A stretch of DNA of 63,786 nucleotides, filler included, from Nemertoderma westbladi (lineage: Eukaryota > Animalia > Xenacoelomorpha): NCBI GenBank assembly GCA_032718475.1. It is 4 parts of 4 records of this genome, joined end to end, with 100 filler letters (N's around TTAATTAATTAA, not from the genome) between each part and the next. Parts side by side here need not be neighbours in the genome. Positions count along the whole stretch, not along the records: positions 46,970 to 59,077 come from JAUCBJ010008820.1; positions 59,178 to 63,786 come from JAUCBJ010007008.1; 2 more parts are not named here. One strand, written 5' to 3'. Each line of letters begins with the position of its first letter. The first letter of the stretch is position 1. The notes beneath the pieces are model-generated. The model saw nothing but the letters and a program-made list of their open reading frames with translations. It made no database searches and was not told the DNA's origin. Below, in pieces: positions 52,301-62,683 of this stretch. The position numbers and the translations under genes were made by a program.

Positions 52301-53287
52301 ATGACATAGGCCTACCGGTACGGTACTGCTGTACAGTGCTGCACTGGTAAGTACGAAATTGCAGAATAACAATTTGACACCACCTAGCGGATTAACATAT
52401 GATTGTATATCGAATGAATACATTTATAGCATGGGATATTGGGTCCAAACTAGACATGCCCCATTTGCTCTATATGAACCGTATGCCAAGGCTTGCCGAC
52501 TACGTGCTGCGCGAAGTCCCCACGAACGTGTCATGGTTATCTAATCAACACATAGCACTTTATGGAATAGGGGCCAATAGAGGGGTCAGAGTAATTTAAC
52601 GCGAATCCGGATTCTACATTTAACATTGTCCCTACGGAAGTCGATCTTTTTTACATTTTTATAACTCCAAAAAATAAAACTATAACCTGTTCTATTGACT
52701 TCAGTTTATTGTTTTGGTTAAAATAACGTGCCACAGTAACCTGCTCCTTTCCCTTAATTGATAATTTTGGAATCCGGATCCGCGTTTTACACCTACCCCC
52801 TATAGAGTTAACACTACAGTACAGCACTTTCATTGATATAAAATTAAAGCTGGTACATTTATTATTCCAGGCGTCTGTGAGTTTTATTATTATCGTTGTT
52901 TACTATGAAGGAGAAGCAATCGATCCTTGGGAAGCTGTGCTGCTGGGCATTCTATTGCCATTCTCAATTATCTGGATTCTTTTGGGCTGGATGGCCCTGC
53001 GAAGCGAATCTAAAAGACTTTGCATAGTATACATACTAGTCAGCGTCGCATTCTATGTCTATATTATTTGGAAACTTGTGTATGTGGGCATGGGGTTCGA
53101 AGACAAACTAAAAAATAACAGGACAATGACTGTAATTCTGATCATATGTGGCTGCGCGCTATTCATAGTGAATGGGGCTTCGATACTGTCAGCTGTTATT
53201 GTTTACAGGAACTTTGGATACGGTCTCAAAGAAAGAGTCTATCCCTGTATGACTGAAAAAAAGGGAGAGATTCGAAGCCAACCCTGA
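49351..53287 (+). CDS. Uncharacterised multi-pass membrane protein (resembles UPF0658-type Golgi membrane proteins); exons 49351-49814, 51126-51312, 52871-53287
   Basis: GT-AG junctions in continuous phase (GG|GTGAGT..CACAG|T; CAG|GTATGT..TTCCAG|GCG); about 8-9 hydrophobic segments; motifs HGVLRER.FE, EFGW..FQQVG, NFGYGLKE. A further 5' exon is possible. The family name is tentative. Confidence 0.8.
51913..52531 (+). mobile_element. Complete TGTGGGGCGAG-family Helentron/DINE-like element
   Basis: ~50-bp subterminal inverted repeats (51926-51978 vs 52453-52504), (GTCY)n tract, asymmetric ends and 3' mini-hairpin CACG-AA-CGTG. Confidence 0.72.
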
Positions 53288-53520
53288 TGATATTGATTAT
53301 GTTACAGTGCTCACTGCTCAATCATAGTATAACGTTCGTTCACGTGTTTATTGTTTTTGTTTATGTTCCATCACAAGTAATTTAAATTTAATTACGTGTA
53401 GTTGAGTCATAAGTAAATTATACAGTTGTTCATTTAATGTTTGGCTATTTCTGGAGCGAATGGAATTTCGGCCAGTTGACTATTATATGCCGCACGCATA
53501 TAGGCATACTTCTGGTGAAA

Positions 53521-53715
53521 GTGGTGGCATATAGGGCTATTGTACTTACTTATTGGGCATGAGATGGCATATAGGGCTACTGTACTTACTTATTGGGCAT
53601 GAGGTGGCATATAGGGCTATTGTACTTACTTATTGGGCATGAGGTGGCATATAGGGCTATTGTAATTACTTATTGGGAATGAGGTGGCATGTTACTTATG
53701 GTGCATGTGGTGGAA
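53521..53715 (+). repeat. 40-bp minisatellite, ~4.5 copies
   Basis: GAGGTGGCATATAGGGCTATTGTACTTACTTATTGGGCAT at a 40-bp period. Confidence 0.9.
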
Positions 53716-54314
53716 TATACAATAATCTTTACATTTATCCAAATTCCTGACTGGTGAGTGAAAGACAAAATTTCCAAACTTTCACTTAAAAAAAACACAA
53801 AAGGTAATTGAATATTATATTATCTATAAATAAACGCATGTATAATATTTACCAATGTAAAATATTAATCTACGGTACGTATATATATTGTAAACATAAA
53901 TATAATTTTTTGAAAAAAAGTAGCACAACCTCATAATAGATTTAAAAAGTGTTATATTAATTACAAAGCGTAATTCAATATTAAACAACCAAGACAAATT
54001 GGGACTGAAAAATAAATTTATTAAATTTACTTCAATGCAATATCGTCTGATAATTGAAGTAATGATTGACAAATAATATTAAAGTAAGATGAGAGAACAC
54101 TCTTGAGCCGCCGTAGTAACTTTTCGCCAGCCCGGTTTGTGTTAATATTTAAACGGGATCAGACTTTTCGGGATTTCTGGGTTCGGGACCGGGATTGGCA
54201 CTCTTAGGATCCCGTTTTTCCGGACCGGGATTGCAATTTTCGATCAAATTCCTCAAAGTTAATAGTATATGCGGCGGGTTTTGGGTAACAGTCACTTTAT
54301 CTTACACTTCTTAA

Positions 54315-55589
54315 CCCTATTACCACTGGGGTGTTTTGACCATTAGCACCACTGGGGGGGGGGGGGGGGGGGGGGCGATTCGGCCCACCCACTATATTTT
54401 TGTAGTCGTCCAATGAAATCCTACACAATTTGGGCTGTTGGTGAAACAACTATAGATGAACACTACCAAACCTTAAAAAGTTAAAATTTCATAAGCAGGG
54501 ACTCATAATTTTGATGAAAAATAAAAGTAGTCCCAGGACAAAATTACAAAATTTTTCTTTTTTATAAAAACTAATAGTGTGGCAGTGTTGGCTAGATTTA
54601 GTAGGTTTTTCAAGACGCTGAATCGAATGTGATTATATTCCACTTCCAAAAATTGAAGTGGATGCTATTTTTCGTGCACCTAAGAAGTGGGCGTGGCACT
54701 TCAAATTTTGAAAAATTTGATATTCAGAAAATGCCCCTAATTTTTTTATTTCAACGCATCTTTATAGGTTTTCTGGGCCGCTGAATCGATTGAAAGTAAT
54801 ATAGAAGCCTGAAGACTTAGTGGTTCGCCATTTTTGGTGCACCAAAATTAGGGCGTGGCACTTCAAATTTTGAAAAATACGAGATTCGGAAAATAAACCA
54901 AAATTGAAATTTTAACGAATTTATATAGGTTTTCCAGACCGCTGAATCGATTGAAAGTAATATAGAAGCCTGAAGACTTAGAGGTTAGCCATTTTTGATG
55001 TACTCAAAACTTTAGGGCTTGGTCCGAATAAAGTAATTTTGAAAATTTGAAGTGCCACGCCCTAATTTTGGTGCACCAAAAATGGCGAACCACTAAGTCT
55101 TCAGGCTTCTATATTACTTTCAATCGATTCAGCGCTCCAGAAAACCTATAAAAATGCTTCGAAATCAAAACTTTAGTAAATTTTCCGAATAAAGTAATTT
55201 TGAAATTTTAAAGTGCCACGCCCTAATTTTGGTGCTCCAAAAATGACGTACCACTACACTTACATACTTGTATAGAGCATTAGAGTGATCCAAACCAATA
55301 AAAATAAATAAAAATAGCCCAAACATAAATAATTACTAAATCACGAATGACTTTGTAAAATTCGAAAATTTCAAAAAATTTGGTGCTGGAGACCAAATTT
55401 TGAGGTGGCACCCACATCGAAAAGTAGAAATCCAATTGCAACGTCGTTTTTTGCAAAAGATGCGGCATTAAATTTGGCTAATTCTCAATAAAAATTGGGC
55501 CGGTACGTAATGTGGTTGCATAGTTACAGCAACTAAAAACTAGGAAGGGGCCGATTCGCCCCCCCCCCCCCCCCCCAGTGGTAATAGGG
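54315..55589. mobile_element. piggyBac-like MITE with internal direct and inverted repeats
   Basis: TTAA|CCCTATTACCACTGGG ... CCCAGTGGTAATAGGG|TTAA; ~160-bp internal units, with ~54780-54870 inverted at ~55045-55134. Confidence 0.85.
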
Positions 55590-56580
55590 TTAAATATTAG
55601 TAAGATAAAGTTATATTAAAATTGTTTTTCAATGGATTACTGGGTGGTTTACTGACATAAAAATTTGAATCAAAACATTTCCGTTCTGCTGGAACTATTT
55701 ATCAGCTATTCAACAAATTTACTTAACTATATTTACTTCGGGATCCCGGTACAAGAAAGTCGGGATCGGGATTGTATTCTTTACCGGGTTTCCGGTTTTT
55801 CGGGATCCCGTTTAAACAACAGTTTGTATATTATTGTCTACGAGCTAAAGAGTTCGGATGATAAATAACTGACGAGAAGCATAACTTTGTAACCAAGGTA
55901 CCGGGTTCGAGCCTTAGGTAGGTTGATATTTATCGCTATGGAGAGCCACACCACACTACTATTATATTATATTATGTAATACACCGTCACTCTACCCAAC
56001 AACAATGTTACATATTATTATATTTATATATAAATTGTTGTACATTATTTATTTATATAGTTATTAATTTATTAATTATTACAAGTATAAAGTAGACAGA
56101 GAGGCACTATATAATATGTAGTTATGAGAGATGACCAAATGAAGGCTATAAATTCTAATGAAAAACACACAAAGTTCTTGTCGATACGAAATTTGAGGAA
56201 TATAAAAAATATAATATGGGGATATTAAGTAAATATTATTACTAACTACGGGTAATTAATCTCATAATCACAATGTTAATTACATTTGTGATTCAAATAT
56301 ATAATTTCCGTAACACGTTTTAGGGCCGCCGTTATTTGCGTCAATTTCCCCCTGACAGACTCAGACAAATAATCTTTCTGTTTTAATTTACAGTTAACAT
56401 TTGTGGAGTTATTATAATAAAGTATTCCTTGGTAGAAAAAAAACAAAGAACAATATTGGCAACGACAGGGAATCAAATCTGGTAAAATTTGGAGTTCCTG
56501 AAACGGAAATTATATATCATCAAAAAATATTATAAACTAGAGTTTCAAAATTGTTTTAAGTTAAACCTGATGTGTTCAAT

Positions 56581-58689
56581 TTATCGAGATTGCGATACAC
56601 AAGAGCTATCGATAGCGCTATCAGCGACTTTACCATGGGAGCCTCTGTGTGTCTGAGTACTAGAGGAGACCAAGTCGCACTGGCCCTCCGACAGTAGACA
56701 GGGTCGCTTACTAGGGACATCGCTGGTGGAGACATGCCGCTCCTCGTGTATATCCGGGGGATCCAAGGGTCGTTTACCGCCGGATATTGGTGTCCTAGGA
56801 GACGGAGCTATTCCAGAAGGGGTGCTTCCCAGTAGAGTTGGAGGACTATATGGAATGAGGGGTGGGATTGAGGGGGGATTGGGATGCTGGTTGTCAGAGT
56901 AGAATGAAGATGTTGGTGTTGGGGGATTTTGGGAGGTAGCGTGGGGAACTTCGAGATTTTGGGAGCTGGGGCCGGAAGCGTGGGGAGAGTAGGTGCTATA
57001 GTTGGAACCTGGATGGGAGTCGGGAGTGGAGTCGGAGTGGGAACCTGTATGGTGGTGGAAACTGGGGTTGTGGGTGCTAGAGTGGGGAACTGGGATATTG
57101 TGGGAGCCGGGGTGGGAAACTGGGAGTTTGTGGGAGCTGGGGTGGGGATCTGGTAGATTGTGGGAGCTGGGGTGGGGATCTGGTAGTTTGTGGGAGCTGG
57201 GGTGGGGATCTGGGAGATTGTGGGAGCTGGAGTGGGAAACTGGGAGTTTGTGGGAGCTGGGGTGGGGATCTGGTAGATTGTGGGAGCCGGGGTGGGGAAC
57301 TGGGAGATTGCGGGAGCTGGGGTGGGGATCTGGGAGTTTGTGGGAGCTGGGGTGGGGATCTGGGAGTTTGTGGGAACTGGGGTGGGGATCTGGGAGATTG
57401 TGGGAGCTGGAGTGGGAAACTGGGAGATTGTGGGAGCTATAACTATAATAAGGGAAGCTAGTAGAAGCTCCCGCCTCATTTATCCTTTGAGTTTGATATA
57501 ATAAACTCCTTAAATCGTTACCGTAATCATCAATCGAATGATGAGAATCAACAACCCGGTTCAAATACAACTCGCCTGACTCCGTCTGAGTCGCCGAAGT
57601 CCCCATATATTGTCGATATTTACGCTTAATAAACGGAATAAATAATTCGTACCTGTCTGACTTCTTCCATCTGTAATAATGATCCACAATATCCCGGAGA
57701 TTTCGAGAAGGGAGTTTATTCTCGCGAATTAAATTAAACCTTTTTCCGAACTCCACGACTCCCGATTCGAATAATCGGGATTCTTCGTCGGACCAGCTGT
57801 CCTGACGCGGCCGTTTAAACAACCGGTCAGTGGCAACCGCAACCTTGGACGCTCGCCTCGCTAACATCAGTTCGTATAGAGTTAATTCATCGTCTGGGAG
57901 ATTGCGAGGGTTAGGTGAGGGATCAGGACTACTGATCGAGTAAAGCGAGTTCATTACCGTTTGTTCGTCAACCGACAGCGGGTCCCAAAGTAATGTGTCA
58001 CGCGGCACCCCTTCCTGAAAGTCGCGATCACATTTAGGTGTGTTCCGGACACTTTCCGAGGTATTCTGGACACGTTCCGACGTTTCCCTGACACTTTCCG
58101 AGGTGTCCCAGACACGCTCCGACGTTTCCCGGACACGTTCCGACATTTCCCGGACACTTTCCGAGGTGTCCGGAACACATTCGGGGAGTTTTGCCTGGAA
58201 CTGTTCACCGATCCTAACCTGTTTCCTCCACGGCAAATATTCCGAATCGATTTCCGGTTGGAATTCCATATCGACGGATTCCTCATCGGAATCCGCCGAT
58301 CCAACCAAATAGTTTCCGGAACCGGTAAACCAGCCGTCGCTTCCCGAACCGCCGGACGAGATTCTGTCAACACGCTCGGGAACTGGAGAATTATCTCCAC
58401 CATAAAGGGCCATTAATTCTTCCAAAGGCATATCGCCTTCCTTAGTAAGATCGTTCAATTCATCGCTATCAGCATCGCTGTCCTCAAGAGAGTCATCGTC
58501 GTCGTCATCGTCGGTATCGTTAACACCAGCGTAAGCGTTGTCTTCCGCCGCATATTCATCGTTATCAGTACCGGTACCTTCTAGTTGTACATATTCTGCT
58601 ACCGGATAGGCAGCGCTGCTAAACGTTTGATCGTCAGTTTCATCACCAGCGTCAGAGTGACGATTATCATCATGCGATTCAGAAGACAT
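56581..58689 (-). CDS. MIER1: MIER-family ELM2-SANT corepressor, single-exon CDS
   Basis: Acidic N-terminus with LTKEGDMPLEELMALYG; ELM2 WRKQVRIGEQFQA..LLWDP; SANT WSDEESRLFESGVVEFGKRFNLIRENKLPSR..YYRWKKSDRYE. The symbol denotes the family. Confidence 0.92.
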   Translation of the reverse strand: MSSESHDDNRHSDAGDETDDQTFSSAAYPVAEYVQLEGTGTDNDEYAAEDNAYAGVNDTDDDDDDDSLEDSDADSDELNDLTKEGDMPLEELMALYGGDNSPVPERVDRISSGGSGSDGWFTGSGNYLVGSADSDEESVDMEFQPEIDSEYLPWRKQVRIGEQFQAKLPECVPDTSESVREMSERVRETSERVWDTSESVRETSERVQNTSESVRNTPKCDRDFQEGVPRDTLLWDPLSVDEQTVMNSLYSISSPDPSPNPRNLPDDELTLYELMLARRASKVAVATDRLFKRPRQDSWSDEESRLFESGVVEFGKRFNLIRENKLPSRNLRDIVDHYYRWKKSDRYELFIPFIKRKYRQYMGTSATQTESGELYLNRVVDSHHSIDDYGNDLRSLLYQTQRINEAGASTSFPYYSYSSHNLPVSHSSSHNLPDPHPSSHKLPDPHPSSHKLPDPHPSSRNLPVPHPGSHNLPDPHPSSHKLPVSHSSSHNLPDPHPSSHKLPDPHPSSHNLPDPHPSSHKLPVSHPGSHNIPVPHSSTHNPSFHHHTGSHSDSTPDSHPGSNYSTYSPHASGPSSQNLEVPHATSQNPPTPTSSFYSDNQHPNPPSIPPLIPYSPPTLLGSTPSGIAPSPRTPISGGKRPLDPPDIHEERHVSTSDVPSKRPCLLSEGQCDLVSSSTQTHRGSHGKVADSAIDSSCVSQSR
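57077..57436 (-). repeat. Coding 30-bp repeat (SHNLPDPHPS-like x12) in MIER
   Basis: 30-bp period, in frame. Confidence 0.92.
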
Positions 58690-59177
58690 AGCTACGCTGC
58701 AGCGGAAGAATATACCTAATGATGTACCGTTATAATACAGTAACAGTAATACTGTAATATGTCACAGTCAGACAGTGTCAGTATGTAAAACAACTAAACA
58801 GACCACTTCAGCACTTGGCCTACTGCACTACGTGCTACGACTGTACGAGCTGACCGGTAGGCTTAGGCCTACTACGAGTCTGCTAGTGTCAGACTCAGCA
58901 GACCACTCCAGGAGAATTGTGAAGTGACTGCCGGTGCGGATAGAGTGTGGGTGAGGCTGTGAGGGCGAGGGCGCGTCGTATAATAAGAACAGATAGGCCA
59001 GTAGGGTAGGTGTGGGGGGGAACTGGACGCAATAAAAATTAATCCCTCTCCATGGGAAATTCGACGCAAATAACAGCNNNNNNNNNNNNNNNNNNNNNNN
59101 NNNNNNNNNNNNNNNNNNNNNTTAATTAATTAANNNNNNNNNNNNNNNNNNNNNNNNNNNNNNNNNNNNNNNNNNNN

Positions 59178-60430
59178 GCGCTTTTGAAGACCTTTAGCAG
59201 TTTAACCTGCCAAAATTTATATGTCTTTTCGTTAATTAAAACCACTTTAGCATACGACAATAATTTATGCTAATACGCAAAACATTAGCCGAAGTCAGCC
59301 CATGCGCGATCATTCACCCGATGGATCTACACCCGGGAGACTGAATTCGGATGCTTGAATTGTATTATTACAGTGTAAGGTTGCAGTGTATACCTAATGT
59401 ATTATTCGATAGATCGTTAATAATTAATCTCTGACAGATATTATTGGCTTTCGGGAAATATTAACAGTTCCTTTAGGACGTGGCGCTTTATCTATTTAAA
59501 CAGAACTAGGACTTATACTAAACGCAACGATACTGCTTATGATTAAAGTATAAAGCGTATTCTTTAGGAAATACTTTGTTACCAATCACGATCATACACA
59601 CTATTCTGCCGACAGTCAGTACATTTGATCACACATAAAGAGAGCAGTAATTGACTCACGTAGGGTCTGCTAAATAACATTGGATTCAATACACACCACA
59701 TTAATATAAATCGCAATTGTTATATATAGCCGGTCTCTCTAACCTGTAGTGTTATCAAGAAAATTGGGAATTGGGTGATTTATCCGTATTATCCAAATAG
59801 CAATATTTCCATCAACAAATATTTACAATTAATAACTGACGGTAAAATAACAGTACAAACAATATGATCAATGCAATTAAATTAAGTGAGTATGTTAATT
59901 AAGATTGATCAATTAGTTAAGATTCGTTAGGTAACAGTTTATACTTTCGATAATTCAAGCAGTTTACGGTACAGCAGTATCTATCCAAAAATGCCGGTGT
60001 TTCTGGCTTAGACAGCAATAACAACAAAGTATCAAGAAAAAACAGTAAGACTGAACACTCTCCTTATGATCGGCAGAAAAGCTACACGTCGACAGGAAAA
60101 ACCGCCCTGATTGGCCCAAGCCAAACAAAGAACCACGCGTCCAATGGCTGTTTCCATGTCAGCAACCAGCTGCTAGATGTCGTAATATGAATCATCACGG
60201 CTAAGCTGTGAAAGGTGGTTGGTGCATTACAAGTTTTTTGTCTTACCATGTCCGCCAAAACACGTATATAGCAGAATGATTTTTATGTCCGTTAAAACAC
60301 CTGTAAAGGTACCTTGCGGGTGAGGGGAATATATATACAGTTAGAAAACCTTTTTTAGAGTATTCCAGCGCCTGGGGGGGAACTGGCCAGCATAGGCAAA
60401 CGTATCAGTTATCCCACAAAAGCTTTTACA
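59178..60430. mobile_element. Second copy of the TG...CA element; left end lies in the gap
   Basis: Colinear similarity to 33151-34325 and ends CAAAAGCTTTTACA; followed by a MITE end (..GGACGGCCCC, 60504). Confidence 0.85.
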
Positions 60431-60749
60431 ACGTCATCAGATTTTCCCAACCCCCCCCCCCCCCCCCCCCCCCTAAAGTGCTGACGTCATACTTGGACGG
60501 CCCCATATAATAAATGGCTGAATTGGATTACTTACAGATCACTTTCTATCTTTGTACTGCAGTACCGGTACTGTAGAGAAGTAGAGTGAACTGCAGAACA
60601 CTGTAGTAGGCCTAACAGCCTATCTCATATCTGATATCCTAGTATCAGTACTCTGCAGCTCTGTACTCAGTACCGGGCGGTAATGCATAACTGCATAAAG
60701 CTGTGAAGTGCAATTGTTTTTGTTAGCCTAATTGGTTTGTTCTTATCGG

Positions 60750-62546
60750 ATGGATTCCCCAACGGAAGATTCCGTCGATCCCGATTTAGATAGAATTCGG
60801 AGACTCGCGAAATTGAAAACCAGATCATTGGAGAAAAAGGATAAAAGCAAGGGCTACATGAACATAGACACAGGTAGCAGTGATGAGGAGTCCAATGTAG
60901 GTCAGGAATCGGCGACCAAACCAAAGAAATCCAAGCCAAATATATTCAGAAATATCAGTAAACACAGCAAAGTTGGTAAGAAGTACAAGAAAAAATCCGA
61001 GGAGGCGTCATATAGATCGAGCGAGGGGGCGTCTAGAAACCCTTTCGAAATGAACTTGTCTCCCCAATCCTGCGTGTTCGGCACCCCATTACGGGTTGCT
61101 GTGAACGCGAGTAAGTTTCTGGACGACATACCCCTACCCGCTGTATTCCGCGACTGTATTAGTTACATAGAAACCAACGCCTTACAAATAGAAGGACTTT
61201 ATATTACCGCTGGTGATAAAAACAGAGTGAATAGACTGAAGGAAGCCTACGATACTGGGACTCCCCCTAATATAAAGAACGAAGTTTGCCACACAATAAC
61301 CGCCTTATTGGTTGATTATATAAATGAAATCCCGGATGGGTTACTAGGGAACCAACACGTAGCTTCTAAGGTTGATGTCACCTGTTTAAGCGATGCAGCT
61401 GATCGGGAGAAAATTGTGCAGATTAAACTCGCTATTAGCGAATTAGAAGCTGCTAATCTTTGTCTAGTTTCCTGGTTAATTCTCCACATATCTCACGTGC
61501 TTCAGTATCACGACGAGAATAAACTCACTCTAGAGTCCGTCTTCCCTCTTTTATGTCGGAATTTACACGTATCCATAAAGTCAGTTGACTTCTGTTGTCG
61601 TTTCGCCGAAGATATTTTTCCAACGACGCGGATACAAGTTGGGGTCCACCCGATGCGTCTCAACTCGTCGGACATCCCGGACGATCCGCTGGTGTTGGTG
61701 GACGTGTTGCGCCGCCAGGAGGCGCTCCTCGCCAAGCTGCACGAGCGATTCGCGCAGGAGGTTGCAGACGAACGCGTTGAGGATCAGCTGTGGGAGGTGC
61801 AGAGGCAAGTCACCATGCTAAAGAGAAAGTTGAAGAAGTGTTCGGTGTCTGAGCGAAAAAGCATCGATGAGGAAGAGGGGAGAGTTGAAGTTGCTGAAGT
61901 GAAGGTTGACAACGAGGTTGAGAAAGCTGACGACAACAATAAGGCAGATAACGTAGAAGCTAATGATTCACTTTGTGTCGATGTAGATAATGTTTTAGAG
62001 GATGTTGAAAGTAGTCATTCGATAAAGGTTTGCGTTGATGGTGATGAGGAACTTCCCGACCCAATTACTGACGAGACGCGCGTTGATGTAGATACCTCGA
62101 AGCCGGATAACGAACCTATCCCATGCAGCAGCAGTGGTGATGCAGAGGTTCCACAGCTCTCTGCAGAGGAATACCAACAACTAGTTGATACTGAGGCGCT
62201 TATTCTCCTGGAAAACAAAGAGTTAGAAGATGTTGGTGATGCACTTAGAGAGCTGATTGCCAAGGAGGAAGCTGATATAAACTCACTGACGGTAGAGTAT
62301 AATAAACTGGAAGCTATGCTGCCCCATGGATACACGTTTGTTAGCGAAGATATCGATTCATCAGCGGATGAGTCAGAGTTGGAAACGGAACTCTCTAAAA
62401 TACAACTTGAAAATCTCGAGTTATCAAGAAGGAACGATGAATTACAGGAACTGGTTGTAAAGGAACGACAGAGTATAGCCCGGCTCTCAGCACAAAAAAT
62501 ATTCCTAGAACTTCAGTTAAATAGGAAACTTATACATACTGTTTGA
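60750..62546 (+). CDS. RALBP1: RalA-binding protein 1 (RLIP76)-like, single-exon CDS
   Basis: KKDKSKGY..SSDEE and Lys-rich N-terminus, RhoGAP fold (VFGTPL..IPLPAVFRDCISYIE..EGLY), Ral-binding helices LRRQEALLAKLH..EDQLWEVQRQVTMLKRKLK, C-terminal coiled coil; ATG at 60750. Confidence 0.93.
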   Translation: MDSPTEDSVDPDLDRIRRLAKLKTRSLEKKDKSKGYMNIDTGSSDEESNVGQESATKPKKSKPNIFRNISKHSKVGKKYKKKSEEASYRSSEGASRNPFEMNLSPQSCVFGTPLRVAVNASKFLDDIPLPAVFRDCISYIETNALQIEGLYITAGDKNRVNRLKEAYDTGTPPNIKNEVCHTITALLVDYINEIPDGLLGNQHVASKVDVTCLSDAADREKIVQIKLAISELEAANLCLVSWLILHISHVLQYHDENKLTLESVFPLLCRNLHVSIKSVDFCCRFAEDIFPTTRIQVGVHPMRLNSSDIPDDPLVLVDVLRRQEALLAKLHERFAQEVADERVEDQLWEVQRQVTMLKRKLKKCSVSERKSIDEEEGRVEVAEVKVDNEVEKADDNNKADNVEANDSLCVDVDNVLEDVESSHSIKVCVDGDEELPDPITDETRVDVDTSKPDNEPIPCSSSGDAEVPQLSAEEYQQLVDTEALILLENKELEDVGDALRELIAKEEADINSLTVEYNKLEAMLPHGYTFVSEDIDSSADESELETELSKIQLENLELSRRNDELQELVVKERQSIARLSAQKIFLELQLNRKLIHTV

Positions 62547-62683
62547 GTAAGACTAAGACTGTTCTGCTTAAAATTTGTTTGATGCAGAATTATTTATTAT
62601 ATTAGGAAACTTATACATACTGTTTGAGTAAGACTAAGACTGTTCTGCTTAAAATTTGTTTGATGCAGAATTATTTATTATAT
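62522..62683 (+). repeat. Exact 81-bp tandem duplication spanning the RALBP1 stop codon
   Basis: TAGGAAACTTATACATACTGTTTGAG.. at 62522 and 62603. Confidence 0.9.

Noticed and set aside
56808-57501. Alternative-frame and antisense repeat ORFs in MIER (PTPAPT.., WELGWGSG..)
   Set aside because: Shadows of the 30-bp coding repeat.
45076-60507. 25-bp inverted pair TATGGGGCCGTCCAAGTATGACGTC 15 kb apart as TIRs of a giant gene-carrying transposon
   Set aside because: No matching TSD and two gaps intervene. Similar short MITE ends occur elsewhere (~200-330, ~22800-22885), so independent MITE copies are more parsimonious.
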